Below are positions 12,608 through 25,431 of a stretch of DNA of 64,000 bases, piece by piece. The position numbers and the translations under genes were made by a program. This stretch comes from Botryllus schlosseri (lineage: Eukaryota). Where the stretch lies: positions 15,190,001 to 15,254,000 of the forward strand of contig CM119384.1 in NCBI GenBank assembly GCA_051294905.1, in the 5' to 3' direction. Positions within the stretch are counted from its first letter, which is position 1. Every line of letters begins with the position of its first letter. The notes beneath the pieces were generated by a model. The model had not been told where the DNA came from. It did no database searches and was given only the letters and a program-made list of their open reading frames with translations.

Positions 12608-13212
12608 CACAGGAGCCGAGCTATAACACGAAACGTCGTATCTCGGCTCCTGTGCGTCGTAAAGCTAAGCGACTAGTCGATTTGAGCTCCTGATCACAGA
12701 ACGAGGATAAAAATCTGAAATATTTCTGCAACCTCCTAAAGCCACGCCGCGGGTACCGGCGTGTTCTACGTGTACTGCGTCCGCTGCGTCGAACGATACC
12801 AGAAAAGTGGGGATCGAGAAAAAAATTTAATTTTTTTTTATCGAAAAAACGACTAACTCCAACTTCCCTATCCTTTAACATGGCAACGAAATTGAAAAAA
12901 AATTGAAGTCCGAAAAAATTTTCAGAAAATTTTTTCAAAAATTTCTCGGCCAAACACCCCTCATGACTAGGCTCACACGAAATCTGGGACCGATCCGAGC
13001 AAGTATAGCCGGTTTACCATAGGGCCGCGTGTTTTAAGGTAGGCGACGCGCGGCAAAGTTGCGGCAGTTATATCGCCCACGTTAAAGTATAGGCGAGCTC
13101 GAAAATTTTCAAAGTCCAAACTCCCCTTTGAAATGCATGGGTCACGTTGAAAGGTCTGCTCCCGCCTGGCGGGTCGAAAGGTCCCCGTGCAACAGCATAG
13201 TTATTAGAGTCA

Positions 13213-13901
13213 CTAGCTTTTAGCTTCATTAGCTTTTCATTAGCGTACTTTTCATTAGCTTACTTTTTCATTAGCTTACTTTTCATTAGCTTACTTTTTC
13301 ATTAGCCTAATTAGCTTTTCATTAGCTTAATAGCTTTTCATTAGCTTTTCATTAGCTTAATTAGCTTTTCATTAGCTTAATTAGCTTTTCATTAGCTTAG
13401 TTAGCTTTTCATTAGCTTACTTTTCAATAGCTTACTTTTTCATTAGCTTAATTAGCTTTTCATTAGCTTAATTAGCTTTTCATTAGCTTAATTAGCTTTT
13501 CATTAGCTTTTCATTAGCTTAATTAGCTTTTCATTAGCTTAATTAGCTTTTCATTAGCTTAGTTAGCTTTTCATTAGCTTACTTTTCATTAGCTTACTTT
13601 TTCATTAGCCTAATTAGCTTTTCATTAGCTTAATAGCTTTTCATTAGCTTTTCATTAGCTTAATTAGCTTTTCATTAGCTTAATTAGCTTTTCATTAGCT
13701 TAGTTAGCTTTTCATTAGCTTACTTTTCAATAGCTTACTTTTTCATTAGCTTAATTAGCTTTTCATTAGCTTAATTAGCTTTTCATTAGCTTAATTAGCT
13801 TTTCATTAGCTTTTCATTAGCTTAATTAGCTTTTCATTAGCTTAATTAGCTTTTCATTAGCTTAATTAGCTTTTCATTAGCTGAATTAGCTGCATTAGCT
13901 T
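13213..13901 (-). repeat. tandem array in the right arm (reverse complement of the left array)
   Basis: Directly visible; variant markers CAATAG and CCTAA recur at a 303-bp spacing. Confidence 0.97.
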
Positions 13902-14850
13902 GCATGTACAAAATAAAGGCACCCCGACCACAGTCGGTCACGAACTAAGCAGGATTCGATTTATAGCAGGATCTACATCGCGCAATAGATTTAACGAACC
14001 TAATGGCATATGACGTCAGATCACGTTATATATACATTAAGCCATACTGTGTTGTTCCCCCGTTATGCCAATGCAGGTAGGTGGCAAATATTCAGCAAAC
14101 TACCACGCCCCGTAATCGACATCATCACAGCACGGGATATCCGTAAGATATAATCGATTCCAGCCTCTCCGACCAGGCGATGTAATCAATTTTAACCACA
14201 TTAACAGACTAAAAATAATTTACTGAGTCGTTAAAATCTCATGCAGTCGTTCCTGTACAGCTGGCAACGTTTCTCAAATCCATTTCATCAATTTTCATGA
14301 TCCCAACCGAGTAGCTAGGGTTACTATTTTCGCGCGCCGCAATGACACGCGCCACACAAACGAAAATTGTTGTTGGGATACTTTCCAGTCACTGAGGGAA
14401 CCTTGAAACCCAGACACGAGATAGTATTGCATTCAATACATGCAACAGATGGTTTCCCGCGCGCCCACGCTGAAATATTATAGTATCAAACGACCTGTAG
14501 CATAATCTCAAATCGAAACGACGTATTACTGTCAGCTAACCTGAGATAATTGATATAAATGAGTCATGTAACTGGCATTATTTACTTCACAGTAGCATAA
14601 TAAGTTATTGGACACTTTATCATGTTATTTATTACTTTATATGATTTATTACTTTATTATTTTTATTTGGACACTGCAAGTCCTTATTACTGTTATGACG
14701 TCATAATGAGTGCTAGTGCTACTACAATACTCGTCTAGGAATCGAATCGATTTTGCCCACTCCTAAACCAATTATATTCGCCAACTACAGAACGCACCGG
14801 GCGCAATGACACCATTACAGACAATCCCATCTTACGAATATAACACCAAC

Positions 14851-15152
14851 CTTGCAACGGACGACAATCTCTCTAAAATCACCCCCTCTTCGATAACAAC
14901 CGAGTTCGTTGCTTTCAAATTGGAACTATTCCTTTTTCCGGCCTTACGCCGACGCAGTGAAGGAGACAGGGCCGACCACCAGGGCGACCCCTTCAAATTC
15001 ACTTCAGAGTCCATCAGTTGAGGCATGCTCTTAGGCCGTTGCTTCTTGCTGCCTTTGCGAGTTCGTAACACATTCGGTTCTTCATATTTGACTCGCCTGA
15101 TCACTGCCGAATTCCCGTTTCTTCTCAGCCGTATTCCCACAACTGTATCCAT
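14851..15152 (-). CDS. alternative first exon (MDTVVGIRLRR...KQRPKSMPQL...LSSVAR)
   Basis: ATG 15152; two candidate phase-2 donors, AG|GTTGGT (exon end 14851) and TC|GTAAGA (exon end 14836). Confidence 0.8.
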
Positions 15153-16575
15153 CCGAGCTGTATGTATCGCTCTATCTCAAATTTACACAACTATACAAGC
15201 AATCCTAACCTTATCGCTAATAGCAATCCTACACACGCAAGAACAGTTCGTTAAATACCGCGTATCTGTCAGGTCGTGACCGAGTTCTCAACGATAGCTT
15301 TCTTTCGCCACCCTCATGACTTCGGTATGACTTCCCAATTCGACGCGAATCATATATTCAGTGCAAAAAAAACTACTAGTCATCACTTCGCGCTTGACGT
15401 GTGCAGTACGCAACATCGGTGTGACATTTCACAACTGTCCTTACAAGCCGAAGCCTGCGAATAGGCGACATTCGAAAATAGCACGCCACTGTCAAACATC
15501 TAGGTATTAAATCGATGTGTCAATTTGCCTTCACCGCCGGTATGAGCGCTTTACATAGACGTGCAGTTGTTTCACAACCAATTCCCCAGCCGTAACTGAA
15601 CTCGCACACCGAAGCGAGCCTTTCTTTGTTTGCTTTGAATGAAAACACATGTCCGACCTTAAACTGTTATTAGCGCCCGTCTAATTCCGCTGCAGGGCCG
15701 CTAGTCAATAAACTACAACTCTACAAGTGAACGCACGTAATTTCTCCCGACTCTGTAAGCTAAAATCGCGCGGTTTTTCGCTCTAAATACTTCGCATACG
15801 ATCATTTCGTATTAGATTAGATGGGCGTCGAATAATCGCCAAGCTAGGGTCAGACAGCGTTTCCGCGTATCAAACCGCGCTTCCTGGAATGCTGAAAACG
15901 TTGCGAAGATGCACAAGCGGTGTGTCGCATCGACACGGTTTTGCCTTTTTGCCTGATTTCAATGCGTTTACAAAAATTAATGTACAATTGTACATTATAC
16001 AATGTGCCGTGTCACGCTTACTATACAATAATACATATGCATAACTTGTTCTACCATTACGTACGCCAACGTAAGTTTACCTATTGAGCTACGGCGTTTT
16101 CTGATGATAACTGCCGAATTATAAAAGTGTGACGTAACAGGCAGTGTCCTGTAAGTTATCTTCTACCAGTCTGCCGCATCGTAGGCCTAACCAAGGAGCA
16201 AGATACCAACACCATCTTCTACTTTGATATCTTCTGGTGCATCGTACGAGTACCAAATGGGGCATTGTCTCATAATTACTCAAAACTACAATTATATTTG
16301 TCTCTCACCAACTAAATAACCTTAACGCGTCCAAAACAACAGAACACCTGAACATTGAACAACCACGGCCTAGGAAAATGGCATAACACCGTAATAGCCG
16401 CGCCGACACACCGAATAACACCGAATTCATCCTACAACGTTAAACTAATACAATTCATCCACAGTTTTCACACACGTAATTGTAAAACGATCATGGCCGC
16501 GCGCAGATAATAAGCGGCGATCGCGCGCAAATTATACACCTTTCTAAAAACCGAAGGCATTTAGGTTTCACTCAC

Positions 16576-16608
16576 CGACTTGTTTTCAGTGTCAGCGCCT
16601 GATCGCAC
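16576..16608 (-). CDS. 33-bp micro-exon of the LIM domain (CDQALTLKTS)
   Basis: Acceptor ttttcctcttattttcag|, donor CG|GTGAGT, phase 2-2; supplies the second Cys of C-K-K-C. Confidence 0.88.
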
Positions 16609-18754
16609 CTGAAAATAAGAGGAAAAATTGAATACTTCAAAAAAACGCCCCATTATACGAGCGGCATAATAATCGCGTCGTAATCGTCTCGGCGATAATT
16701 CGAAAACCGCAACCGCGAAACCGGCAATTTTACGTAATACGTTATACTTCTTACATTCCGAAACTCTTCATCGCAACGTATAACATCCAATGCCACGGTC
16801 AGAGACACTACGGAAATAATAAGCTGCTTAAACAGTAGCACATCATTAATGTTGTTTTGATGAATGGGGCGGTGCAACTTAACAACCGTCAGCACTGCAC
16901 GTTTTCATCATCACTAAACCGTATGACACCATCATGAAATCAGACTTCAACTCTTAAAGTAGATTGACGAAAATAGTCTTCAGAATAATGTATAATGGTC
17001 ATTCATGCATATACTGCGCGTGGATTGTAGTGCCATTTCCGCGGTACCGCGAAACTTTTGAACAAATTGGTCCAATGGTCTATGTCTGTACTGTACACGT
17101 CAGGATATCGGCGTCAATGCATTATACAATTTCACTGGGAGGGATTTAAACTTGATACGCCATGGCTAGTTCTGCGACCAAACAACGCCTGTATATATAC
17201 ATCGATTGGAACGTTTTAATCAGAGTCAATTCATCAACGAGAATTATAGTTTCGATACGATTTTCCACTGTGGAAGCCTTAAAACCTCGATTATATCGCA
17301 ACATACGAAACACCTACTACAAACCTACGCAATTTACCGGAAATTACATGTCCGTGGAAACGTAGCATTATCACAAAGTGCAATGAAATGGGTACGATCG
17401 AAAAAAATTATCAAATAATCCTTGATGTGATGTATAACCGACATTATATTCTTTGTGTTCGAGTAACAAGTACATATTTAAACTCCACATGTTCAATATT
17501 GGCTACTGTCGGGGCCTACGATATCGTTGGCCCCGCTACTGTTATAACGTAAATGTGTGATACTCAAACATTCGACTCGGGGCCTAGTATACGATATTGC
17601 CCACTGCCCTTCCAGTGCCCAGCCTGCTACTGAGGTCGCCAAAAGCGTATTCACTACCATCCCTGTATCCATTCCTGCATCCAACTTCCCAACTACGTCT
17701 CAAACAGCGTCTCGCCAAAAACTACAGGACTGCCTAATGGATATCGTCTACCCTGTCTCGAAACGAAAAAAAACTCCGAAATTCGATTGAAAGAATGACA
17801 TGAGCGCTATTGATTTAGCGGTTTCATTTCGAGAAATCGTGTCGTATTGGCCGCGCGAGTTCTAAATACAAGCCTGGCCCGTCATTAGAAATCTATCACC
17901 GACGCTTCCGAAAATATACAGGTATGACATTTTTCAGGGCGTTTAATTGCATGACATCGCTATTGTCGTAACAAGTTTGTAACACAGGTTAATCCCCATC
18001 CATTCGAACAATAACTTAACGTCGCTGATTTGAATTCGGTAAAATTTGAAATCGCTATTCAAGCTTGCCAGCATACAAATCCGCGCCAACACAATATCGG
18101 GCTGTGTGCAAAATCATCACTCATTTGATCGAAAGCTAAAACAAGCCGTTTCCACTTTCAATCGACATTTAAATTGACCGGCTCGCTTCTGTGAATTGCC
18201 TAGTTATTCCCGATTTTCGGGAACGCTTGACGCAGATATTGTAGGCTACCTATAAGGCAATGTCATATTCTCCAAATTCACAAGAGACGAGGCAACAATC
18301 TATTTTTGAGCAATGGATCACCAGAGCGATCACAAGTGACGATAGCTGGAATAAGCTAGATCCGAATGGAGATACAAATCCATACCATGCCAGAGTCCCA
18401 CAACCACCTATAATATACCTAGCCCATTTACCAGTAATTATCTGGTGTATCTTGACAAAGCGTGTACAAATCTAACTCGGTATACACATTACACACAAAA
18501 ATAAGTGTTCAAGAACACGGTATCGATGAGAAACACAACACAACAAAATGCATGGGCAAATCAGTGACGAACAACAAGTAGCAGAGAAAAGATTCAGTAT
18601 ATAACATAAGTATTACAGTAACAATAAAACTTCAAGCACGCAAATAAACACAGCACGCTGTGTCACTTGTACGCATCCGTGAACGATCCAACGAATCACC
18701 CTAACCCGAGCTCGTTGAGATAACAAGCACATCATAATCGTGTCGCTGGCTTAC

Positions 18755-18825
18755 CTTTCATGTCGCACCCGAAATTTCTTGTGTCGCGTAACGTACGGCG
18801 AGCGCAATTGCTCCAGCCATTTCAT
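18755..18825 (-). CDS. alternative first exon (MKWLEQLRSPYVTRHKKFRVRHER)
   Basis: ATG 18825, 23 codons + AG, donor AG|GTAAGC (phase 2). Confidence 0.7.
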
Positions 18826-21216
18826 TTCTGGCATAGCTCAGTATTTCAATAAATAACGGCAATAAATAATAGTACGGCCTCGATAAACAGCTATGGAGAA
18901 AACAAGTTTTGATTGAATACGTCTCGTTAAGTAATAATAATAACTGAACTGCCTATATACCGCTGCAGTGAACAGCAACACACGCTAGTTTTCATAAACG
19001 CCGCACAATAGGATTGCAGTGCAAGCCGGCTTCCGGAGCACGCCCAGACTGTTATTTCCTAAGCACTAACGCCTATCGACAAATATCAGGTGCCCAATGC
19101 AATGAAGTATCTACCATGTATTTGTTACGCATAACTCGGATCACTTATATTCAAAAGTCATACTACAGCACATCTTGATTTGGAGCTTATCCGCGAGGTG
19201 GCGCTTGATCGCGATTGTTGACATGGGATGCGTAATTGCGTAGTCAGGCACTACGTACATCACGGTCCTGTACGTTACAGGGGCGCGTCTTTCAAATATT
19301 TTCAACTGGCCAGTGAAATCAATTAACTAACATAGTAAAACACTGCCTTTCTTCAGCACAGGAATAGCTTCAGAAATCGTGCACTTTATCGTAAACCTCA
19401 CCAGCCCACAATGAATTTGAACGCTATTGTAATATGTATTGGTGCGTGTGGAAAACAAAACAAAAACTCTTTACATTGGCAACTTCCGTGGCTCGATGGC
19501 TAAATATGTAACAATGTCGACTCGAGTAACTGTAAATCAGTTCAGTTCAACGGGCATGAATAGGGGCATCAACAAGTTCTCAAAATACACTTCGTTAACT
19601 GTTAGCGCAACGCGAATATCAGTCCGCGAAAAGACATTTCTTTGGAGTAATGATCAAATAGCGGCGCTTTCACAGGGCGTTATGTCATATTTATGGTAGA
19701 CTCGTAAGAGATTATTTTCGATTACTTTTGACCGGCAATATTTTATTTGCGATCGGTATCAAAGTGTCTATTTCATCTGTTCAAATTTTTCCCCGTGGAT
19801 ATAACGTAATAATGAACGATACTTGAAACCTCGACTCAACCTTACTATATTCGAAATCGAATCAACCGGGACACTCGACTTTGTTCAGCATTATCTCCAG
19901 CAATTTTTAAAGCTATAATGGGAAAAATCTTAGCTGTGAATTACAAGTACACACTATACCTACAGCACTGAAATGCCTGACCTACACTCTATATACAGCT
20001 GACTATAACTTTAAAAGTTCGCCTTAGCTAGCATCTAAAAAAGCAACACTGCCTGCAACCCATTAAAAACATTGACTGGGATGTAACTTTCAGTAGCTTC
20101 GTGATACCTTACTAGTTGTACAACAAAGCCTCATCACGCGCTAGAACATATCTGGACAACGTCAGGAGGTCTGACGTAAACCATATTGCAACGATCGTAT
20201 GGCATTCCCGCACGTGAATTGATACCAGAGCAGGCGAATAGATCCATGCAAATTTGGCGACGACCCAAAAAAATCGAACGCCAACCAGCCTTTAAACCTG
20301 GCACTAGCGGCGTCATACGTACGGACTCCTCAATTATATCCATCCCCATTGTGCTTGCAACGTTTGACGTCTTTCCGCGTTAGCGCAGTAACGCAATTGA
20401 GCGGTGAGCGCGAGAAAACACTTTTGCGAGCGTATGATTGGGACTTAGTCACAGTTGTAGTGGCGACTCAAGAGGCCATACCTCCGTAACGACCCTCAGC
20501 TGTCAGCGATACGCTCTCTCGCGGTGATAATGGCCGCCGTATATTGAAATCCGGGCGCGGTTTGGTATAAATATTACATTTCAATGAGCGTATGTTCGCA
20601 CACAAACATGTTGTCGGAAATATATGTTGCTTTTGCGCTTGGCGTAGCGTGAATTTCAGACACACGAATATGATCCAGCGGATTTGATTGTGAATCCCGT
20701 AAAACCGGGGAGCTTTCAAAGCAAAGAGCCGGTATGGTTGAATCGTAGAACTGCAATTCGCTGTTCTCGAATGGCGCTGTTTCCTATTAAAGCAGCGCGC
20801 AATTTGACTTTCGCGAGGCTAAAACAGTAGATAATTCAAACGAGAGAACTCACTCATTCATACCACACGGAACAGATCACGGAATGCCACATTATGCAAA
20901 ACACAACAAGGATAAAACCGCAGTTTATGTAAACTTTATCTATCCAGAATTTAAATCGGCAATAATCCGAGCCTGCTCTAAATTCACAGCGCGATTTGAA
21001 ACGCGCAAGTGCAGAAAAACGGTGGCTGTTATTAACATATTTCCAGCCCTGGGTTTTGTACACTTGTTATAAGGTTCCATGAAAGGCCAATATTGAAACT
21101 ACAACTACAAAACCACAATAGTCCTTTATAACATATATCCTTATTTTGCCTCAGTTACAGCGATGGCTACAATCCCAGGTCGCAAGCGAAAGTGATGGCA
21201 ATTTTCTAATCATTAC

Positions 21217-21563
21217 TAGGGCAAGTTTTTGCAACTTTTGTAACTTTTTTTACAGCTTCCGGCAGCTTCCTAAATACTCGTAAGATATGTAGAATGCTGT
21301 TTTAAGCTGTTTGAAGGAATCTTATAGTGCAACTTTTTCGATTTTTCATGAAAGTAATTTCGGTTTTGGTTGAAATGCACGGCCAAATTCGACTGAAACA
21401 CCGTAAATCAGCACCGAAGTACGGGTATTTCGGGAGCTGAGCCGGTAAATTGACCTTTTTTTAGTCAACCGAGCAAAATGTGGTTTTTTAGTGCAACTTT
21501 TGTCAAAAATAAATAAATAAATGCGACTTTCCGCGGATTTAACTGCAACAAAAACTTGCCCTA
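21217..21563. mobile_element. hAT-type MITE (TAGGGCAAGTTTTT termini)
   Basis: TIR TAGGGCAAGTTTTTG / AAAAACTTGCCCTA; 8-bp TSD ATCATTAC. Confidence 0.9.
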
Positions 21564-24500
21564 ATCATTACGTACATTTTTAGGCAACAACCAAACGGCA
21601 TGGTTACTTAGGACTGAGCGGAAGTGAGGGCTTTTTCTTAGTCATTAGTTTCCCATATTTTGCGGTTAGGTGATCCAGGAAACCACCCAAGAAAATTTAG
21701 GGGCCCGCGCTAGAGAAACGGCGAAGAAAAACTATTTTAGCCTGATTGAAAGCCTGCTCAAAGTCGTTTCGACACCTTCCTATCTTTTCACAGAATCGCA
21801 ATATTGTGGTGCTTTGAATTGATGAAAGTACTAATAACACTGATACTGGCTAATATCTGAATCTGTCGCTTGACTAGCTGACTGAATACCGGTACCTTCT
21901 CTGTAGCATGCCTCGCCTGCAAAGACTATCTATCTCACTTTATTCGCACAGCACACAACTTGCCTCATTCCAAACGGCAATCGGGCGGCGCTGCATTCCA
22001 CCCGTCAATACGCACCTCCTTGCGAACACGCAAGGCAAACGAAATTAGTCTTTCCCGAGAACTAACCTCTGATCTAATAATATTGTGCCGCACGCAAAAG
22101 TCGCGAGACCCATTCTCCTTATCAGTAATTTGTCATAATCTACATTGCTCCCAGGGGGAGATAGCGCCGGATAAACAACAAAACGCCCAAAGTTATGCTT
22201 GTCCTCATTAACCCCACGTTTTCAATGTTAAAGCAGCGAGCTAAAAACTGCTTGTACGACTGCGCATGACAACTTATCGCTGGTAAAGCGTTTGTTGAAT
22301 ATAGAGGGTTCGAATCGTATGATTCAAGCCCACGAACACGCTATAATCGATCAGTTATACGAGTTACGGGTTTGCCGAAAACCTTCTGTCCGTAAAATAT
22401 CTCAGAGCCTCTCTTTGTCCCAACGGATTAAACAACCGACCGGCTATTCACGAAAATTATACTATTTTATATCCACCGCCTGGCGATATAAATGAACTCG
22501 GTTTACCTTATACACATAACGGGGTATCACCGTGCAGCGCACGCTTACGAAACCCGATACCTTGCCGGAGTCGCGTATCAAAAGATTAGGTTACAACTTA
22601 CAACTGGGCGCTACGATTCGAATGCTCCAATCCGAATTGAGTAATAATCAGAATGATTTGATCGGGGATAGACCATTTTTTCGAGAACTGAATTGTCTGA
22701 AATTATACGCGCTATCACACAATAATTATGTTATCAACAACAAATATAGATCGATATATGTGCTCGAAACCGTGTCCCAGCATCAGAAACACGTAGCGTA
22801 GCTCAAATCCACGCACTTAGTCGAAACGGCTGTCTCTAAGTACAATGAAATAGGATCACAAATTCTTTTTAATATAGCCTACACTTGGCATCATTTCTTT
22901 GCGGTCACAGAAAAGGTACATAACGGAACTAAGTCATCCATATTGTTATGACGTTACAATTAGCGGTAATCGAAGCCTAATAAGCGATTCCGAATATAAT
23001 CCCTCAGAAATCCGATTTTGCCAGCAGTGTAGCTACACTACATGAATCAGCGTGTTGAAGTGTTGGTATTCCGATTTTGCTACGGAGATGACCGCACGCT
23101 ATTTACAAAAAATGCTGCGAAACTATTTACTAGATTTTGTAATTTCAAAGTGCGCTGCGACTGACTAATAATCTATCACAAAGGTAGAATCGGTAACATA
23201 TGTTTCTGCATGTGATTTCCTAGGTACTTTGGGAGATCTAGTCAACCTTGCATGCTCTGATCGAGAATATAGCTCACCAACACTAGCTCAGCGGGGAATT
23301 TCAAAGATAGTACCGAGGTATTTTCACGTATCTAACCTGTCAGCTATACGCTAGGTTTTTCATCTCATCCCCACTCCCGACTCTGCTACTACCTATAAAA
23401 CTCGGTAGCGTCTGACGTTAACAGGACTAAAACCCAGATATGGCCTTGTCGCCTGGTTTCACACACCGATTCTCAGCGTCGCCGTAAGACTATACTGACT
23501 CACACGGACAAAAAGTAGGTTATGTCGAACGGTGTGACACAACGAAAAATGTTGTCAAAATCGTGACTATTCGTAAGTAAATACCGGGTGACATACACTA
23601 CGCGCACGCTTTCTCCTAATACAAAGTCGAAACAGGCGTAACAGGGGAAAGTTTAGTCACTCGACCCTTGTAGGCTAAATGAAGAAACCAGCGTCATCAA
23701 CGAGGTGATATACTCAGTACTCACACGTTACAAGTTATCGATGATTGTTACCATACAAACGGGTATGACGGAGTGGGTGTCTTGTGAAATGTGAAATTCA
23801 ACATATGCTTGGGCGAAGCCGGTTTATGTTACCGCCATAACGGAAGCAGGCGTCTTTGAACGGGACAATGTCGCATTTCAACCGAGCAACGGCGCGCCGA
23901 TTGTCAGCGGTCGACCAAAGTCAGATCTGATGATCAAAGGAATCGGGCCGACGTGTTTAGGGTGTGAAATTCAAAATATTGTCACTTCTGGTGGGTCGGA
24001 GTGGATTACGTCGGCAAACGCGCGTCAGATCGAAGGTGGACACATGAAATCAAACTTGGAAATAGTAAACCCACTGTCTCTCTACTATTATAAGCGCTAC
24101 AGCAGTACAAACGTTGGTGCTAGGCAGATATGATCGCTGGTCAGCAGAGAAGTAGTCAAGTAGGTTTATGGATTATGGTTATGCCTACCTTCATTATCTA
24201 CTCTCAAGTGGTTACGTCACTTTTACGTGAACAGTATTTTAGGCAAAACTGCATACATTTACACTTTGAATTTTTAAAAGTCCAAAATCGTTTTGGGATA
24301 AGTTTGCATCATTCTTGGGAGCGAAATCGGCGATCACAGTAGTTTGCACCTATTCGTAGCGTCATTATTCTCTTTGCGTTTCAATTTCGACAGCAAACCG
24401 ATTAACTGTCAGAAGTACGCCAGCAACAGAGTAAATCTACTTCTTAAAACTATACTTACTTCAGTACATTTCATGCCTTTTACTTCCTACGTCCACTCGA

Positions 24501-25300
24501 TGTAGTTTTGACAGGTCTCAGAAATCGCTACTTCTACTTGGTAACTGAGGAAATATTTATGTCGGTATGTCTGCCCAAGTAGCAACCCCGACTCCTTTGA
24601 CCAGCTCATGTACCAGGTAGGGGGTGGGCGATACGAAAACAGCTGATTCGAATAATTCGAGGCCGCGCGAGTTCGAATCAGGAATTTCATTTCGAGTCCG
24701 GTTTTCAAACATCGAACGAGCTGCTAAAATCTTATTGCGGGTACTTTTTCTTCCTTGCCACTTTATGTTCGTGACGGGAGGCAGTTAAAACAAATACACG
24801 AAACGACAACCATCATTCGCATTCCAACATAAGGATAGCTGACAACACAATATTAGGCAGTGCGGTGCAAGGCTGAGTGATAAGCTGTCGCAACATTTTC
24901 GAGTCATCAGTTGGTGGGGAACAAAAGGATTCGTTCCGTTGTTGAACAAAAGGATTCGTTACGTTGTCGTAACGTCATAAAGTCAAAACAAACGAAGGGA
25001 GGACGGGAAGTTCTTTTCCTAGATTATTCTTCGGGGGAGGAGGACCGTCTCCCAACCAGAGATGATAACAAACGAAGTACTTCTACTTCAACTAGGCCCA
25101 GAACACTAAAAACTTTTACTTATTTGAACAGGTACTTACTACCTCTACTTGTTCTAAGGTATCGAGGTTGCTTGAATTTCTACTTGAGAACCAACGATGA
25201 CTACTTCAACTACGCTCCCTACACAAATTATTCAAGTGTTCTCGTTAACCAAAGCGGAAGCAGCCCAAGCAATTCCGCCGTAAAATCGCACGCATCTTAC

Positions 25301-25431
25301 CGAGAAATAGCCTCGAAAATGCTATCCTTACGCAGCGCGTACCTGCGCGACTGGTCCGCCACAAGCCTGTCCTTTGTCACCGAAAATCTTCGATACAGAT
25401 CCGCGCTTTTCGTGGGAGTCGACTTCCTCAT
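25301..25431 (-). CDS. alternative first exon (MRKSTPTKSADLYRRFSVTKDRLVADQSRRYALRKDSIFEAISR)
   Basis: ATG 25431 after an in-frame TAG, 43 codons + CG, donor CG|GTAAGA (phase 2); absent from the ORF track. Confidence 0.75.

Larger units (their letters stand above)
10985..13924. mobile_element. foldback (FB / Mutator-like) transposon with ~1.1-kb inverted arms
   Basis: Perfect 32-bp terminal IR GGGTGCCTTTATTTTGTACATGCAAGCTAATG; arms 10985-12101 and 12771-13924; exact 9-bp TSD CGACCACAG at 10976-10984 and 13925-13933. Confidence 0.93.

Noticed and set aside
11009-13901. Tandem arrays as CRISPR or telomeric repeats
   Set aside because: No unique spacers or cas genes; they are inverted arms bounded by a 9-bp TSD
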